DNA of 64,000 nucleotides from contig OZ287074.1 in assembly GCA_965645245.1 (NCBI GenBank), positions 1,116,001 through 1,180,000 on the forward strand. Direction: 5' to 3'. This document shows, piece by piece, positions 23,001 through 36,109 of the stretch; the first letter of the stretch is position 1, and each line of letters starts with the position of its first letter. This DNA is from Massalongia carnosa (lineage: Eukaryota). A program made the position numbers and the translations under genes. A model generated the notes under the pieces. It saw only the letters and a list, made by a program, of their open reading frames with translations, did no database searches and was not told the DNA's origin.

Positions 23001-24933
23001 GCAAGCGGGCGGCGTGGTGGAAGCAGCCATCCTTTACACAGGTGACATGCTCAAAGCAACGAAGTATAACTTGGATTATTATCTAGCCCTTGTGGATCGG
23101 CTCGTGAATACAGGAGCTCATATAATCGCATTCAAGTCAATGGCAGGAGTTTTGAAACCCCGAGCAGCCAGTATTTTGGTAAAGGCTGTAAGGGAACGAT
23201 ATCCTGACATACCAATCCACATGCATACACATGATTCTGCGGGTAAAGCGCCCCTAGTATACTTCCTCCCAAAGTCAAGGGCCGGGCAGAGTCAAAGGAA
23301 TCTGAACCCCACAAATAATTATCACACTAACGAATAAACAGGCATCGGCGTAGCCACAATGCTCGCATGTGCAGAAGCAGGGGCAGATATCATTGATACA
23401 GCCACAGACAGCCTCTCAGGAAGTACCTCCCAACCCGCCGTAAGCGCAGTTTTAAGCGTGCTTGAGGGTACCGTCTATGAGCCTGAACTGAACTTCCAGC
23501 AAATTCGTGAGATCGATGAGTATTGGGCGCATGTAAGGCTCTTGTACTCGGGCTTCGATGCTGGCTTGAACTCTCCCGATCCAGGAGTCTACACGCATGA
23601 GATCCCAGGTGACTCAGCCTCGCTCGGCGGTCTCACATCGTGCTGAAGGGTTGACACTTTCATCCAGGGGGCCAGTTGTCAAATCTCCTCTTTCAAGCCC
23701 GGCAGCTGGGCCTGGGCACAAAATGGAGCGAGACGAAAGCTGCCTATGTCGATGCAAACCATATCTTAGGCGACATTGTCAAAGCAACGCCAACATCCAA
23801 AGCCGTGGGCGATCTCGCACAGTTCATGGTCACGGAGAACCTGTCTCGGGAGGAAGTCGTGTCCAAAGCAGACATCCTCGACTTTCCGGCTTCTGTCCTC
23901 GATTTCTTCCAAGGGCTCATGGGCCAGCCATTCGATGGCTTCCCGGAGCCACTCCGTTCCCAAGTGCTGCGTGGTCGACGCACCAAACTTACATGTCGTC
24001 CTGGGGAGCATCTGCCTCCCACAGATTTCGTTGCCGTTCGAGCCGAACTGGAGCGTCGCTATGGCCCCGGCATATCCGAGTGCGACGTCGCGAGCTACAT
24101 CATGTTCCCGCAAGTCTATGGTGAGTATCGCCGAACAGTCGACCGCTATGGTGACCTCAGCGTGGTGCCAACGCGGTATTTTCTCGCTCCGTTGGAGGTC
24201 GGCTGTGAGATCGACGTTACCATCGAGCAAGGAAAAGTCTTGATCATTAAGCTGTTAGCAATCGGTTCGCTAGTCGAGGGCACCACTCACCGAGACGTGT
24301 TTTTCGAGCTGAACGGCGAATTCCGCCACGTGAGTGTTATCGATGCGTCAGGTACGTGATGTACATCCATTCTTCCAAGCGTATCCCAATCAAGTCATCA
24401 AAACAGCCATTTTACGCTGCTACTTCCTCCCCTGATGAGCGCTGGATGGACTCTTATAAGCTTTGTCTAACCTGAACCCATGCCAAGCTGCCCCGCGTCT
24501 TACTCGCCGCAAAGCCAACCCTAACCTCGCGTCCGAGATTGCCTCCCCCTTCACCGGCACCGTCGTCTCAATCAATTTCGCCGAGCAGGAAGAATTAGCC
24601 CGTGGAGATGTCATCCTCATCCTCAGCGCGATGAAAATGGTTTGTCTAACCGGCTGAAAAAAAAATTTTTTTGGTGTCTTTGCCCCGAATCCCTCCATAT
24701 AGCCTCCTCGTTCTCATTTCCACTTCTTTTCCAACCCCCCCCAAAAGAATTACTTTCACCCCCTTCCCCTCTCTTTTCTTGTCCCATTCTAACTCATTAA
24801 ATCCCGCCCCTTTGGGGAAAAACAGGACCTCACCATCAGCGCCCCCATGAGCGGAACTGTCGCCGAGCTACACGTGAAGCCGGGAGACGCGGTCGAAAAG
24901 GGGGATTTGCTGCTGCTGCTGCTGATTGGTTGA
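20074..24933 (+). CDS. pyc: Pyruvate carboxylase, divergent intron-rich copy (~19 introns)
   Basis: BC domain ([48 protein letters not shown]), CT domain ([38 protein letters not shown]) and biotin motif SAMKM; exons can be spliced in frame to the TGA at 24931-24933. Confidence 0.93.
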
Positions 24934-26773
24934 ATTTTTGGGGGGATTGGCTATTTGGTTTCGAGCGAGCCATCACCGAGTTCCGTGGTGGTCAGACTTC
25001 GGCAGGGGAAATTTTGGTTGCGGGAGGGTGTGGATACATACCGGTGGCTATGAGACAGGGGAAGTAACAATGATGACAATTATGAAACTACCCAAATCTT
25101 TTGTTTTTCGCCTTTACCGTTAATTTCAGCACAGATTTACTCTTAGATCCGCGCGCTCGCTTCTCTCTGTTTCCAACTCTAAAAATCCTCTGTGCAACTT
25201 TCCCCTCACTTATCCTCCTCTCCACCTCCCATCTTCCTATAATTCCTTCACTATGCCTTCTGTTCGGAATCACCCACTTCCCTGCCTGCCCGCCTGCCTG
25301 CCTGTGAGTTAGGTAAATACCTACACAAAAAGTCCAGACAAACAGAAACTCTCTCTCCCCCCTCGCCCTTTGATTTTTAGTAAAGTTCCCTATTCTCCAA
25401 ACAAATTTAAGATTAAGCTCCAGCTCCGGAAAAGAGTCTTTCGTTCAACCTCGCTCCTCGCTGTTAGGTAAAGTATTGTCAGGGTGAAGGTCAGGTAATC
25501 GTCGCCCGAGAGAGAGAAATAGACAATTAGGTAGACAGGTAGTAGGTAGGAAGGTACGTAAATAATATTTTCCCTCTCATTTCGTAGAGCCACTTCTTTC
25601 CTTCTTTTCTTCTTTGGGGGCATAACATGACAACGACCACTCAATCAAACCCCCTGCGCCGCAGTCTGGTGGACCAGGAGACCGCGTGCGTTGCATAAAC
25701 AACAATAGTAGGGATCCTTCCTCACCAATCCCATCCCCGCCTCCTCCCATGACAGACCCTCCCTCCCAGTGCGCGCCGGGAACGTGACCGATCCAGTAAT
25801 GGAGGGCCGCCCCAAATACAGCAATGCCCGAAGGTATTCGAAATCGCATTCATTGAAAGAGTCATCGATCTCCTAAACATCGCACACCGCCGCTCCATCT
25901 GCAACGCTAGGTCCCCACGGCGACTTACCTTAACCCAGGGCACCACTTCAAGCGTTACCTTCGTCTACCAGCTCCTCAGCAACCTCTACACGTTGAAAAT
26001 CTCCGGAACCTTTCCGCTTTCCTGTGCATGCCTTCGACTAAAAGCAGCACGCCACCTCCCTTGAACTCCTTTGCGGATTTATCGGTAACTTCGCCGCTTC
26101 CCCTTATCGTTGTCTTCTCCGGCCACGTCTGGGAGGATATAAACCAAATGGTAACATTGAGCTAACGAGTTACCAGGCCATGTTGTAAAAATATCGCAAA
26201 AATTCTCCTCCACTGCCGCTAATCCAACCGGGGGTGGTCTTCATTATCTTTAACTATCAACTCTCGGCGTGCGGGATTTCGCCTGAACGACCCATAAATA
26301 CAGTGAAGGTATACTGTATTTACTCGGAGAACGGGCTGCTATGCGGAGGATGTTCTAAGGGGTTGAACTGTCTCCCAATTTAGGTATTTCAAAATCCATA
26401 CATCGAAGAACCATTTTGGGGGGGAGATTGGCTTTTCGAGAGAAGACCCAACATGTAGAGGATATGGTCATTGAAGAAATAGCAGATTTTCCGGTAATTG
26501 ACACAATGAAGTTAGCTAGATCATGGAAGAAAGTACAATTTGGCGAGGCGGTTAGGTGCCTGTACAATATATTCATATAGAGAGCTCACTATTATTGCTG
26601 GCGAAGAACAAACCTATTCGAAGAACTCTAAATCGTGGATGAGGTAGGTTACCAGCATTATTATGAGCTTGGCGGAGAGATTGTATCGGGCTTGGGATGA
26701 ATGATGAAGACATTCAGACGCTTCAGTTAGTCGAAAACGCCGATAATTTATTGCGTCCGTACCAGAATTCTTC

Positions 26774-27781
26774 TTACATGCCTCCCCACTCGATACAAAA
26801 AGTCCTCACGGTTGGGCTTCGAAAGCCGGCCAACTTCATATCGATGCTTTCAAATCGGTCGTCGTCACCCACTACCTCTTGGGTATCTTCGCCCTCATCA
26901 ACACCGCCGATCAGCCATCCTTTCTTAACTCCGGTTCCCAAACGCCCCCCCCCAACTAGATCCATTAGGTCGATCTCCTCATCCCAATCAACTGCCATGG
27001 CAAGAAAGTGACTGTGAAAACGAAGAGGATCGCCGGGGTAGACAAGAAAATGGCAACCAAAGCGGAGGCCTGGGGATAGAAAGTAGGAAAGGCTGTGGAG
27101 GTGCTTAAATAGGGCATAGGAGGAGGGGCGGACGGTAGGTAGTTTTGCGGTGGGATCGACAGGTGGGAAAAGTAGTGGAGGATCGGATGCAGTTGGGGTG
27201 ATAGACCAAGAAAACTGTTCGCCGGACGAAGATTTTGAAGGAGAGGCATCCGGATCTAATGGTAGACTGAACACTAGCCTACCTTCGTGTTCCCCTTTCG
27301 CCGTTGGTCCAACGCCGGTTTCCGGAGTTTCATGAGTTTCTTGAGCTTCATCTCTGCAGTTTTGATTTGCATCTTGAATCCATTGTAAATTCTTCTCTTT
27401 CCACATGTTCCTTTTCTTGTCCACCGCTTTTCCAGCTTCCTTGCCCCGTCTTGCTAAATCTGTCATGAAAGTTTCTTTTTGAGCAGCTGTCATCTTTTGC
27501 AACCCGGTCTCATGCCAGCGGAGATCATCAACGATATAAGCTAGCTCCATCTCAACAAGCAGACGTGCTTCCTCCGGTTGGAGCTCCAGGGGGAGACCAA
27601 GGAAAACATTTTGCTGTGGGAATTGGGGTAGCGTGCCGATAAGTACGCCGAGGATGTTGTGGGTCTTTCTGAGCCATGTTACAACGTCAACGTCGTAAAG
27701 AAGGTAGCGCTCCACTGCAGAAGAAATTTTGGAGATAGGGAACGGGAGTTCAGGCGGGGGTGGGTTGGTTGAAGAACCCAT
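26774..27781 (-). CDS. SEN34: tRNA-splicing endonuclease catalytic subunit Sen34
   Basis: GTLPQFPQQNVFLGLPLEL, SPGLRFGCHFLVYPGDPLRFHSHF and GGGRLGTGVKKG motifs; single exon. Confidence 0.95.
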   Translation of the reverse strand: MGSSTNPPPPELPFPISKISSAVERYLLYDVDVVTWLRKTHNILGVLIGTLPQFPQQNVFLGLPLELQPEEARLLVEMELAYIVDDLRWHETGLQKMTAAQKETFMTDLARRGKEAGKAVDKKRNMWKEKNLQWIQDANQNCRDEAQETHETPETGVGPTAKGEHEGRLVFSLPLDPDASPSKSSSGEQFSWSITPTASDPPLLFPPVDPTAKLPTVRPSSYALFKHLHSLSYFLSPGLRFGCHFLVYPGDPLRFHSHFLAMAVDWDEEIDLMDLVGGGRLGTGVKKGWLIGGVDEGEDTQEVVGDDDRFESIDMKLAGFRSPTVRTFCIEWGGM

Positions 27782-28879
27782 TCTTCAGCCAAGACACTAT
27801 GCTGTAGGTTTAGCTTCATCTCTCCTAGATAGTATGGAATAATTAGCTTGAGCTCCCAAGCAGTAATGTCATGTATGAAAAATCGTTGGAGACTCCGAAG
27901 GTCATAAATGCTCATGACGAGCGTAAAGTCGCATCAAGAACCCAAAAGGTCTCAGCGGATTGACAGATGATTGTTTGCTTTAATCATACGAAGGCAGTAG
28001 AAAATGGTCCTAAATCAATGGATGAATGAAACTAGAGAACTCACAGTCAGTGTTAGCTAAACCCCATTGAACTTGGTGAGAGAAATGAGAAAAGATCTGA
28101 ATGGAATGAGGGCAATATGGTCGAACGCTTCCCCAGGGAAATCCGACTTTCACATGCCCCCTGAAACTACTCACTCTAAAACTGACTTGATTGGCCCCGA
28201 TCATCTTCTTACTGTTGGAATACTCGCTTAGCCCCATTAGTTCTAGCTCAGCCCTGCAGGCTGCCATGACTGCTATAAGCAGTCACCTCCGTAGTAATTT
28301 CAATATTATGCCGTCAACTGTTTATTTAACACTTACTCTCTTGTCAGGTGATCACACTCTCCTTTTCCTTCAATTGATCTTCCTAGTTATCCTATTTGGA
28401 CTTCCGCTGATAATTTCAATAGAATACTCTCGATGATGATTACTTTTAAGCATACTCTTAATGTAGCGTATCAACTGGCTTTTCATCTAATCCTGAAATA
28501 GTAAATTTTGCTTCTCAGCTCGTGCGAGAAAGTATCTTTCTAACAATATTAATAATATCAGAGGCAGCGTAACAGCCTAATAAAAATAGCGAATATTGAA
28601 CTGTTCTTTGATATTTTATGTAATCTTGGATATATATGCGGCTATAGAAAAGAATGGGTGCTATGTTACATCCAGTGGATGGGCATACGAAAAGTGAGAC
28701 CCTTCAGGTCTATGGCTGGCACTTGGCGTGGATATAAGAACACAAAGGACTTATATCCCGTCGCCATTTCCTATATTACAGGTGGTCTTGGCTCGTCAGT
28801 GGATCGTCTTGGATTTCCCTGCTCTGTCGATCCAATAATTCTGTCCAGATTGATCGTGTCACAAGCTTCATGGCGCTGG

Positions 28880-30060
28880 TTCTACTAAGAGCCCTGCGGG
28901 AAGATTTCTTGACCAAGGTAAACCCTGACATACAAAGTCGACCAATAGACTCATCGCCAAAGAAGGTTTCTTCTAAGGTTAGACCTTCAAATATTCAGGT
29001 ACGATATTCAGCAAAGCCATCTAACGGAGATCGTTAAAGACCCGAAACCATGATCACCCGGAAACAAGATATATGGTGTTCAAACTCACGGTTTCCAGCA
29101 TTGATATATGTTGACGAAGCAGGTTCCTGAGCTGGGCTGCATCTAGGAAAAAATACTGAAGGCACAGGGTACGTGGACGGGGTAAGTGAACTTTGCTGAA
29201 GACACGTCTGAATGACGGATAGAGGCGGTCATTGGTCAAGGCAAACATGTGCAAAGAGTCTAACACTAAACATTCGTTAAGAAGAACCACGCGACAGCCT
29301 TGCGACGTCATTTGTAAATGTCTCAGATTTCTGAAAATCAACCTCGTCCTCTCGATATTCTTCTGGGAGAGTTCGTGTGGTGCTCCATCCTTCCAAAATC
29401 CACCTTCCATGAGAAAAAGTTCTTCAGGCACACGCTTGTTTCGCGCAAGCAAGTCCCTAAAGTTAGACTCGACACAAAACCACCCAAGGGCGTAGTCAGG
29501 GATTAGAGTTCTTTGAGCGATGTATCCTAATCATTGTTGTCGCTTGTAGGAGATCCGCCAAGACGACTAACATCCAACCCAAGTTTTACCTGTTGGAGGT
29601 TTGAGAAAGCATCAAACGCCATTCGGAGCAATAGCTCAGCTTCGAGGAGAGAGTCTTCTTGTTCCTTGTACAATAGGGTCTATTGCATGAAAGCATCCCT
29701 AACCTAGTCTGCAGAAAGTTTACACCGGCCCTCGCCGTCAAAGCCTAATAGTTCGCGCCCTCGACCGGTATGTTTCATGGTTCGGATGTAATTTTCGTAG
29801 CCTACTCGTATCTCAAACTCCTTGTTGAACAGTCGAGGAAAGAACTTGACCTCCACGACCATTTGGCTGTAGACGGGATGCCTTGCGATTGCCGCCCGTT
29901 TGCTAAGGCTTGTTTGATCCAAGTAAACCCAAACAGCATCGTACAAGTAATACGCGGCATCGCGTGCTAAGTGACGATAGCAAAGCCGCAGAGATTTGAA
30001 CTCGCCGTTGGGGAAGGTCATGTGATGGAACGGTCATCGTTGGGGTCCGAAGTGAACATG
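28880..30060 (-). pseudogene. Degenerate F-box-like hypothetical gene
   Basis: KSLRLCYRHLA..A.YYLYD.V...SLSKRAAIARHP.YS..V.E resembles the N-terminus of fungal F-box-type proteins; later LRHL/LCL/LETVSL segments; broken by stops and frameshifts. Confidence 0.5.
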
Positions 30061-30800
30061 GTCCAAGATGACCCGGAGCAGTTCGGGTATGATCCAGCAT
30101 AAGTAAGACTATAAAAGCAACTTGAGGAATGTGATGCGTCGAGGGGACTTGCAGACTTTAAACCTGATAGCGATATGAGATTGATTTTATAGGAATTGGA
30201 ACTTTTCACACCAACTATATTGAAAGCGGGAAGTTTACCGAGACAGAGATACTTTCTCCTGCAAATCAAATGTACGAATGCAGCTGCGACTGCCAGTAAA
30301 CCCTAGGTATTGCCTGAGCCACGACAGTCTCGTAAGTTACTATAGCGAAGACACCTGTGTTGCCTCATTTTATGATACTATCTTGTAGAGTTCCATTGAT
30401 TCGGGTAAAATTTCATGGTTTACATATTCCGTAATGTAATGATATTTTGGGGTTGGTGTAGGTTATCTGTCGCTCTGTATGATACATAGCACCATAAAAT
30501 ATGATCCTGGATAGACCTGCCAAAGAGCCTCAAACAATCAGGCCGAGGTCGGTTGCACTCTAGTCGAGCTTTTCATAACCCAAGTGGGGGAAGATGATTG
30601 ACATTGATTCAAGGCGAATCAAGAATGTACAATAGCCCTCGGCGACTAATGACAGAACGAGAAGACATACTCGTACATCTAACAAAATGTCGTCACACTC
30701 GAAGCAACTCTGCCACTCCCAGAAATGATAAGATAGCTCGCCGTGCTCCAGGTAAAATCTACAACTCCTAAACCCCGACTTCGTTGATTTCCACCATATA

Positions 30801-33800
30801 TCACTGAAAAATATATATAATCCCTGCTCGATCCACAGAAACTGTCATGCCCACGGGGCTCTCTAGTAACGCCACATCCAATATGGAATCCAGATGGTTC
30901 CGGAGCAGTTGTTGCTGCTGCAACGAAATAAATGTCGATCTCGGAGGTCGTCCCCCCGGCTTCTTGTTGGCACCGCTCGAGGTAGGCTTGTTACCGGCCG
31001 CTGCATTCGGCGCCGAAGGATCCGGCTGCGGCAATCTTTCCGAGTTGAGGATAAGCGCCGGCGTTGGATGCGAGGTGGTGTATTTCGGCTGGTCTTCTTC
31101 TACATCCAGGCCGCTGATGACACAAGATGCGTCGACACGTGTGACGTCCCAGAAACGTAGTTTTTTGTCGAAGCCGCCAGTCAGGAAGAATCCGTACTTG
31201 GACTCTCGCCCATCTTCAGGGCTATCCAGGCCTATGGCCAGTGCCCGAATTCCTTGGTCGGGGCTGCCAATGCTACTGGCCACAGTGTCTATCGTGTTGG
31301 CGAATCGACCGAGCATTTCTTCGGGTTTCTCGTCGTCGACTTTCCAAGCCTCGTAGATCTTAATGTTATCTTTACTGAGACTTCTGGAAATCCCAGCCCG
31401 AAACACTTCCCTGCACTGCGCCTTCTCCAAATCCCAGATGGTGATGTCCGTTTGGCCAGTGCCTCCAACTACGCAGACCCACTTTCCTCTACCCTTAAAG
31501 GGGTGAACATTTAACCGATAGATAGGCGAGCCTCCTGCAAGGCCCCAAGCCTTGAGCCGAAGTCGAAAGCGAAGATCCCAAAGATCAAGCACCCCATGTG
31601 AAGTCCCTAGCAGCAGCCAGGTATGCTTTTTATCCACACAAAAGCAGGTCGGTATACCATGATGCACAGGATTTGTCAACGAATAAAGCAAAACCATACT
31701 TCTTAGATCAATTGCAAGTATTCTTGACATATTCGTTGCTATTAGCAAAACGGAGTTTGCCTCAATCTTGCAGTGCTCTGCCCAAATAGCATGCTCGTTG
31801 CCGGGAAGGTGGTACTCGCGTACTAGTCGAAGTCTTCCATACTTTGATACATCTCCAATCTGAGCATAATCAACCTTGACAACATGAACGCTACCATCGG
31901 TCGCGCAGCTGACAAATGTGTGTGTGTTTTCTATAAAAGTCATGCATTTAACCTTTGCTTTTTCAGCGTGCCTGTGAGTCTGTCGTGATCGATGCGCTAG
32001 ATTTCGTTCTAACCTCGATGTATCCCATACTTTTACGGTTCCATCATCAGAGCCGGTGATAAAGAAAGAATGATCGGGTGATGGAATGACTCGATTGATT
32101 GCTCCGGTGTGCTCACCAAAGGTTGCAACTAGTATTCCTTCAGGTCGCCATGGCTTATTCACTTCGGGCACTTCGGACTTTTTAGCCAAATGCCGTCGTT
32201 CGACTGGTGTCACTTTAGGCCCGAAATCTACAAGATCGAGGGGGTAATTCTCGGATGCAAGCGAGTCAAGTAACTTAAGGACGTTTGGGTCGTTTCCGTC
32301 ATATGTGTGTCCGGCCCGAACCTGATCTACAGCGGGTTTCTTCTTCGCTTGGTCTAAATCAGTAGCTGGTGGATCTTGAAAAGGCTCCCGGGCAAACGGA
32401 CTGTCCACCTTTCCAAAAGCGTTGGTTGACGACGTACCTGTCTCCGCCGAGGTTTTTGGCGTGTCTTTTCTATTGAGTAAATCAATAGCACTCGATTTGT
32501 GTTTCAGACCATTCCTGTCCTGAGTAATGCCACTTCTCAATGAATCGATGGGTGTAAAACTACGGTTTGTTTTATTTTCTATTTTAGTTGGAGGAATTTG
32601 TGAAGATCTTGGCCCAATATCAGCCGTGGAAACCAAAGAATCTTGAGATCGTTGCCTTGTGCTGTGGGAGGTGGATTTATTTAGCGACAAGCCTGACAAG
32701 TCTTCTCGAGTATCGAATGGCACAAGCTGTGAGGACCGATCAGCCTGAACTCGGTCTTTTCGAGCGTTCACGTAAGATATCTTCCGGTGGGCGAGAGAAT
32801 CATCGATGGTAGTTGATGCATCTAGTAAAGCATCGGTAATGGTATGGGGCACGGTTGGGGACGGTTTTCTACTCCCGCTGGAAGCTCGTTCGCTGGGGGA
32901 TGCTCGTCGGCGGCTGCTTCGTTTCTTCGTGTAGCTTTCGAAGAAGATCGTTTGTGGTGTAACGTTCATCTCCTTGAGGCTTACAATGTTATTGAGGAGG
33001 GATGGCTCATTCCCAGTCCCTTCTTTTGGGCGTCTGGTAGTGACACGCCAAATGTACTCTCTCAATGCCATTAGCTTGATTTCGTCTTCTTTACTCATAC
33101 CTATGTTGCGTAGCCTGGCAAGCCACTTTTCATCGTCCTCGGTTTTCTGAAGTTTACTCAGCGCATTTGGACGCAAATCTTTCGAAGAAATTGTGGGAAC
33201 ACCCTGATCGGGGGAACCAAATGAGAACGTTCGCTGTTGTTGGACAGGTTTCCAAAACAGCCCTTCATTTGCAGTACTCGACCAGAAGGCAGCCATGTCA
33301 AGGACGTGGCGAGGTAGTGGCTTTTTCAATGCATCTAAGATATTAGTTTCTGCAAAATCCAGAATAGGCGTCTTAAGATAAGCTTGTATGAGGGGAGAGA
33401 TGATACAATGGGTATCGGCCTCTGCTAGATATCGTGTTGCAGCTGAGATAAAGTGCGCAGCTGCTTCTCTAATCCAGATATTTGGATGCATCATAAACCG
33501 CGCAACAATATCAACCATCTCCCATGTTCTTGATCGTTGGAACAGACCAAGTTCTGCCATACTAGCAAATGACGACAAGACTTTCTCTACTACAAACTCC
33601 TCCGGATCGGTCAATGCTTGAATCATTAACGGTAGTATGAACTCCTCGAGACTTGTCCCTCCCACGAATGTAGCCACTCCTACAATCGTTTGGAAAAAAG
33701 CACATTTTAGCATCCAGTCTTTGTCGTTCAAGTAAGTGTTTAAATGGCTCAAAATTACATCATTTGCTCTTGGGCTTCCGAAAAAGACGCAGAGACTTGA

Positions 33801-35720
33801 GACTGAGCCGAGGAAAGCTCTTCGTACGGAAGCATTACTGTCTGTCAGCAATGCCTTCGTGTGCGCTTCAAAATGATCAAGTAAATCCTGCCTAGCAACA
33901 TCAAACAGGTTTTGGTATGCAACATTTGTATCGGCACCATCCTCTGCTTCGGGATCGATTGTAGGTACAGAACCGTCTGCTCGAAGAGCTTGTACCATGT
34001 CTAGTATCCTCGAAGATGTGTGTGCTAATGTGGCAAGACAAGAGGCATACATCGCTCTCACCATGGGCTTCACCTTTGGGCCTTGACCAGCAATGAATTG
34101 CTGCAGACGTGGTCGAAGATACTCGGTAAAAACATAAGCATTTACAGGCGATACGACCGTAATTAGCGAAATCTGTGCAATGTCAAATAAATGTATGCAT
34201 CCAAACTAGCACGAGCCTTGCTCACCAGTTGTGTCATTGTTCGAATGGCAGCTATCTTCACGATGTCAGCCCGATCGTTTAGCAAAGCTACCACGTAAGG
34301 TAAGACACGGTCAAGTTTGGCCTCGTCCGTGATTCTTTCAGCGAATGCTAGCATAAGATCACAGGCTCTAATTCTAGATGTTGCTCTGGCTGTGTTTCTT
34401 ATTGATGACACCACCAATGTGAGAAATATTAAGGATCCATCGTCTTTGGGGTGCCTGCCTAAACTTGTAGACTGATGTCGGTTGTTGGGTATGTCAACTT
34501 CAACAGGGATGACACTTGCTTGTGAAGATATCCATCGTTCTTCAGTATTTTTAGGAGCCTTGATGTCCTCATAGCCCAGAAAATACGCAAGTTTATCGAA
34601 GTCGTGGTAGACTCGGTCAATCCTATCATCCGCATCCCCAAAATTGGCGGTCTCTGGCAGCACTGCAGTGCGACCAGAAGATGGATCGGTGATCATACCC
34701 ATATACTGGTGTAGAAAGCTATAGAAATATTCGGGAAAAGCTTTCCGCCGCCAGAAATTAAGATATTCTTCAGCAGAATACCTGGACTCGGGTTCTACCT
34801 GAATCATGTGGCTGACCAGTTCACGCACGTCTCTGTCGTGGATCTTGCTGAGATATCCGAAGTCCGGGTCATATTCTCCCTTTCTGTACTTGTAAAGCTG
34901 GCTTAAGGAAAATATTGGAGCCTCGATGAATAGCTCCGCAATTACGCAGCCAACGCTGAAGACATCCATCGCCCAGGTGACACCTCTACCATCATCCTTA
35001 TTGCCGGCTCTTAGGAAACGCTCTGGAGCAAGATAGCATGTTCTTCGCCCAGAGGTATCAAAATAATAGGAAAAGTCGGCTGGATTATCTTCAGGGAGGT
35101 ATGTCTTCTTAAACGACGAGGAGAAATCGGAAAGGTAAAGCCAATTCCACGAAGTCACCAAAATGTTCTCGGTTTTAATATCCCCGTGATAAATGTCCCG
35201 TGCATGGCAATCCCGTATGGCACAAAGAAGTTGATATGAAAGCCACTTCTTCTCTATATCCTCAAGGAACGGACGTGTGCTGGTAAATTTAAGCAAAGCT
35301 CCGGCAGAATTATAGATTTGATTACCTCATACGATCATACAGCGAGCTGTAGAGATATTGCCTGACCAAATAGCCGTTCGTGCTCGTCTCAAGGATCCGC
35401 TGATAACCGAGGGCGTTCGGAACGTCTACCAACCGATCGCGTTCACCTGCATGTTGGCATGAGCATCCACAGTTTTCTCGAAATTAACAAAGACAAACCT
35501 ACTCACGCCGGATTTCTTGCACGTATTTTCCCAGATCAAGTTGGGGAAAGGGTTTCATCACCAGCTTCACCACCACCAGTCCATGCTGATGCCGTGCCCG
35601 AATACTCTTCATAAACCTTGCTGTTCCCAGGGATTTTTCATACGAGAGGTCAGCTAGCTCGGGCACGTCGATGCCTGCGCCGCCCGGCGTAAAAGTCGCA
35701 AGAGAGAAGGTTTGCCCCAT
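30801..35720 (-). CDS. VPS15: Vps15 / PI3-kinase regulatory subunit 4 (kinase-HEAT-WD40)
   Basis: N-terminal MGQ myristoylation signal, HGDIKTEN and RTCYLAPERF kinase motifs, HEAT region, C-terminal WD40s; 3 introns. Confidence 0.96.
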
Positions 35721-35934
35721 ACTTCACGTTCCTCAGCTGTCATCCGAGGTCCGTGTGAAACGCTTGCTTCTGCTACATAATGATCCAGCTAAATAGCGAT
35801 TCCTCACTTTTGGAGCATCCTACTAGAAGATGTTTGAGCAATCTATCGCTTGGGGGTTTGATTTGCTACCAAAACTCTTGGGATGTTGGTATTTGAACAG
35901 GACCTTATAATCATCTATTTTGAACGCGACCAGA

Positions 35935-35944
35935 GTCACGTGAC
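35935..35944. promoter_or_regulatory. Palindromic E-box GTCACGTGAC upstream of VPS15
   Basis: Perfect 10-bp palindrome ~215 bp upstream of the VPS15 ATG; matches the Cbf1-type bHLH consensus. Confidence 0.45.
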
Positions 35945-36109
35945 ACAACTAGTTATGAGCTATAACTACTCCATAAATCCCTATCTATAATACGTACTCC
36001 TCGTTGTCTTGTCAGTCATAAATCCATTTACCTAAATTTCTATAAACTTACTTGTCTGCTCAACTATGCATCGTTCAATTTTACAACTATTATTTTCGAG
36101 CTCTTTGAT

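Noticed and set aside
1..25000. Starship or other giant mobile element carrying the accessory genes
   Set aside because: No tyrosine-recombinase captain or boundary repeats are visible in this window
25640..26580. Possible decayed minus-strand gene with one intron-like gtaagt...tag
   Set aside because: Fragments look protein-like but carry no identifiable motif; support is insufficient
30847..31356. Antisense ORFs over VPS15 (similarly over MDV1, pyc, TCP1, ProRS and the 219-aa ORF 56126-56785)
   Set aside because: Shadow frames of real coding sequence
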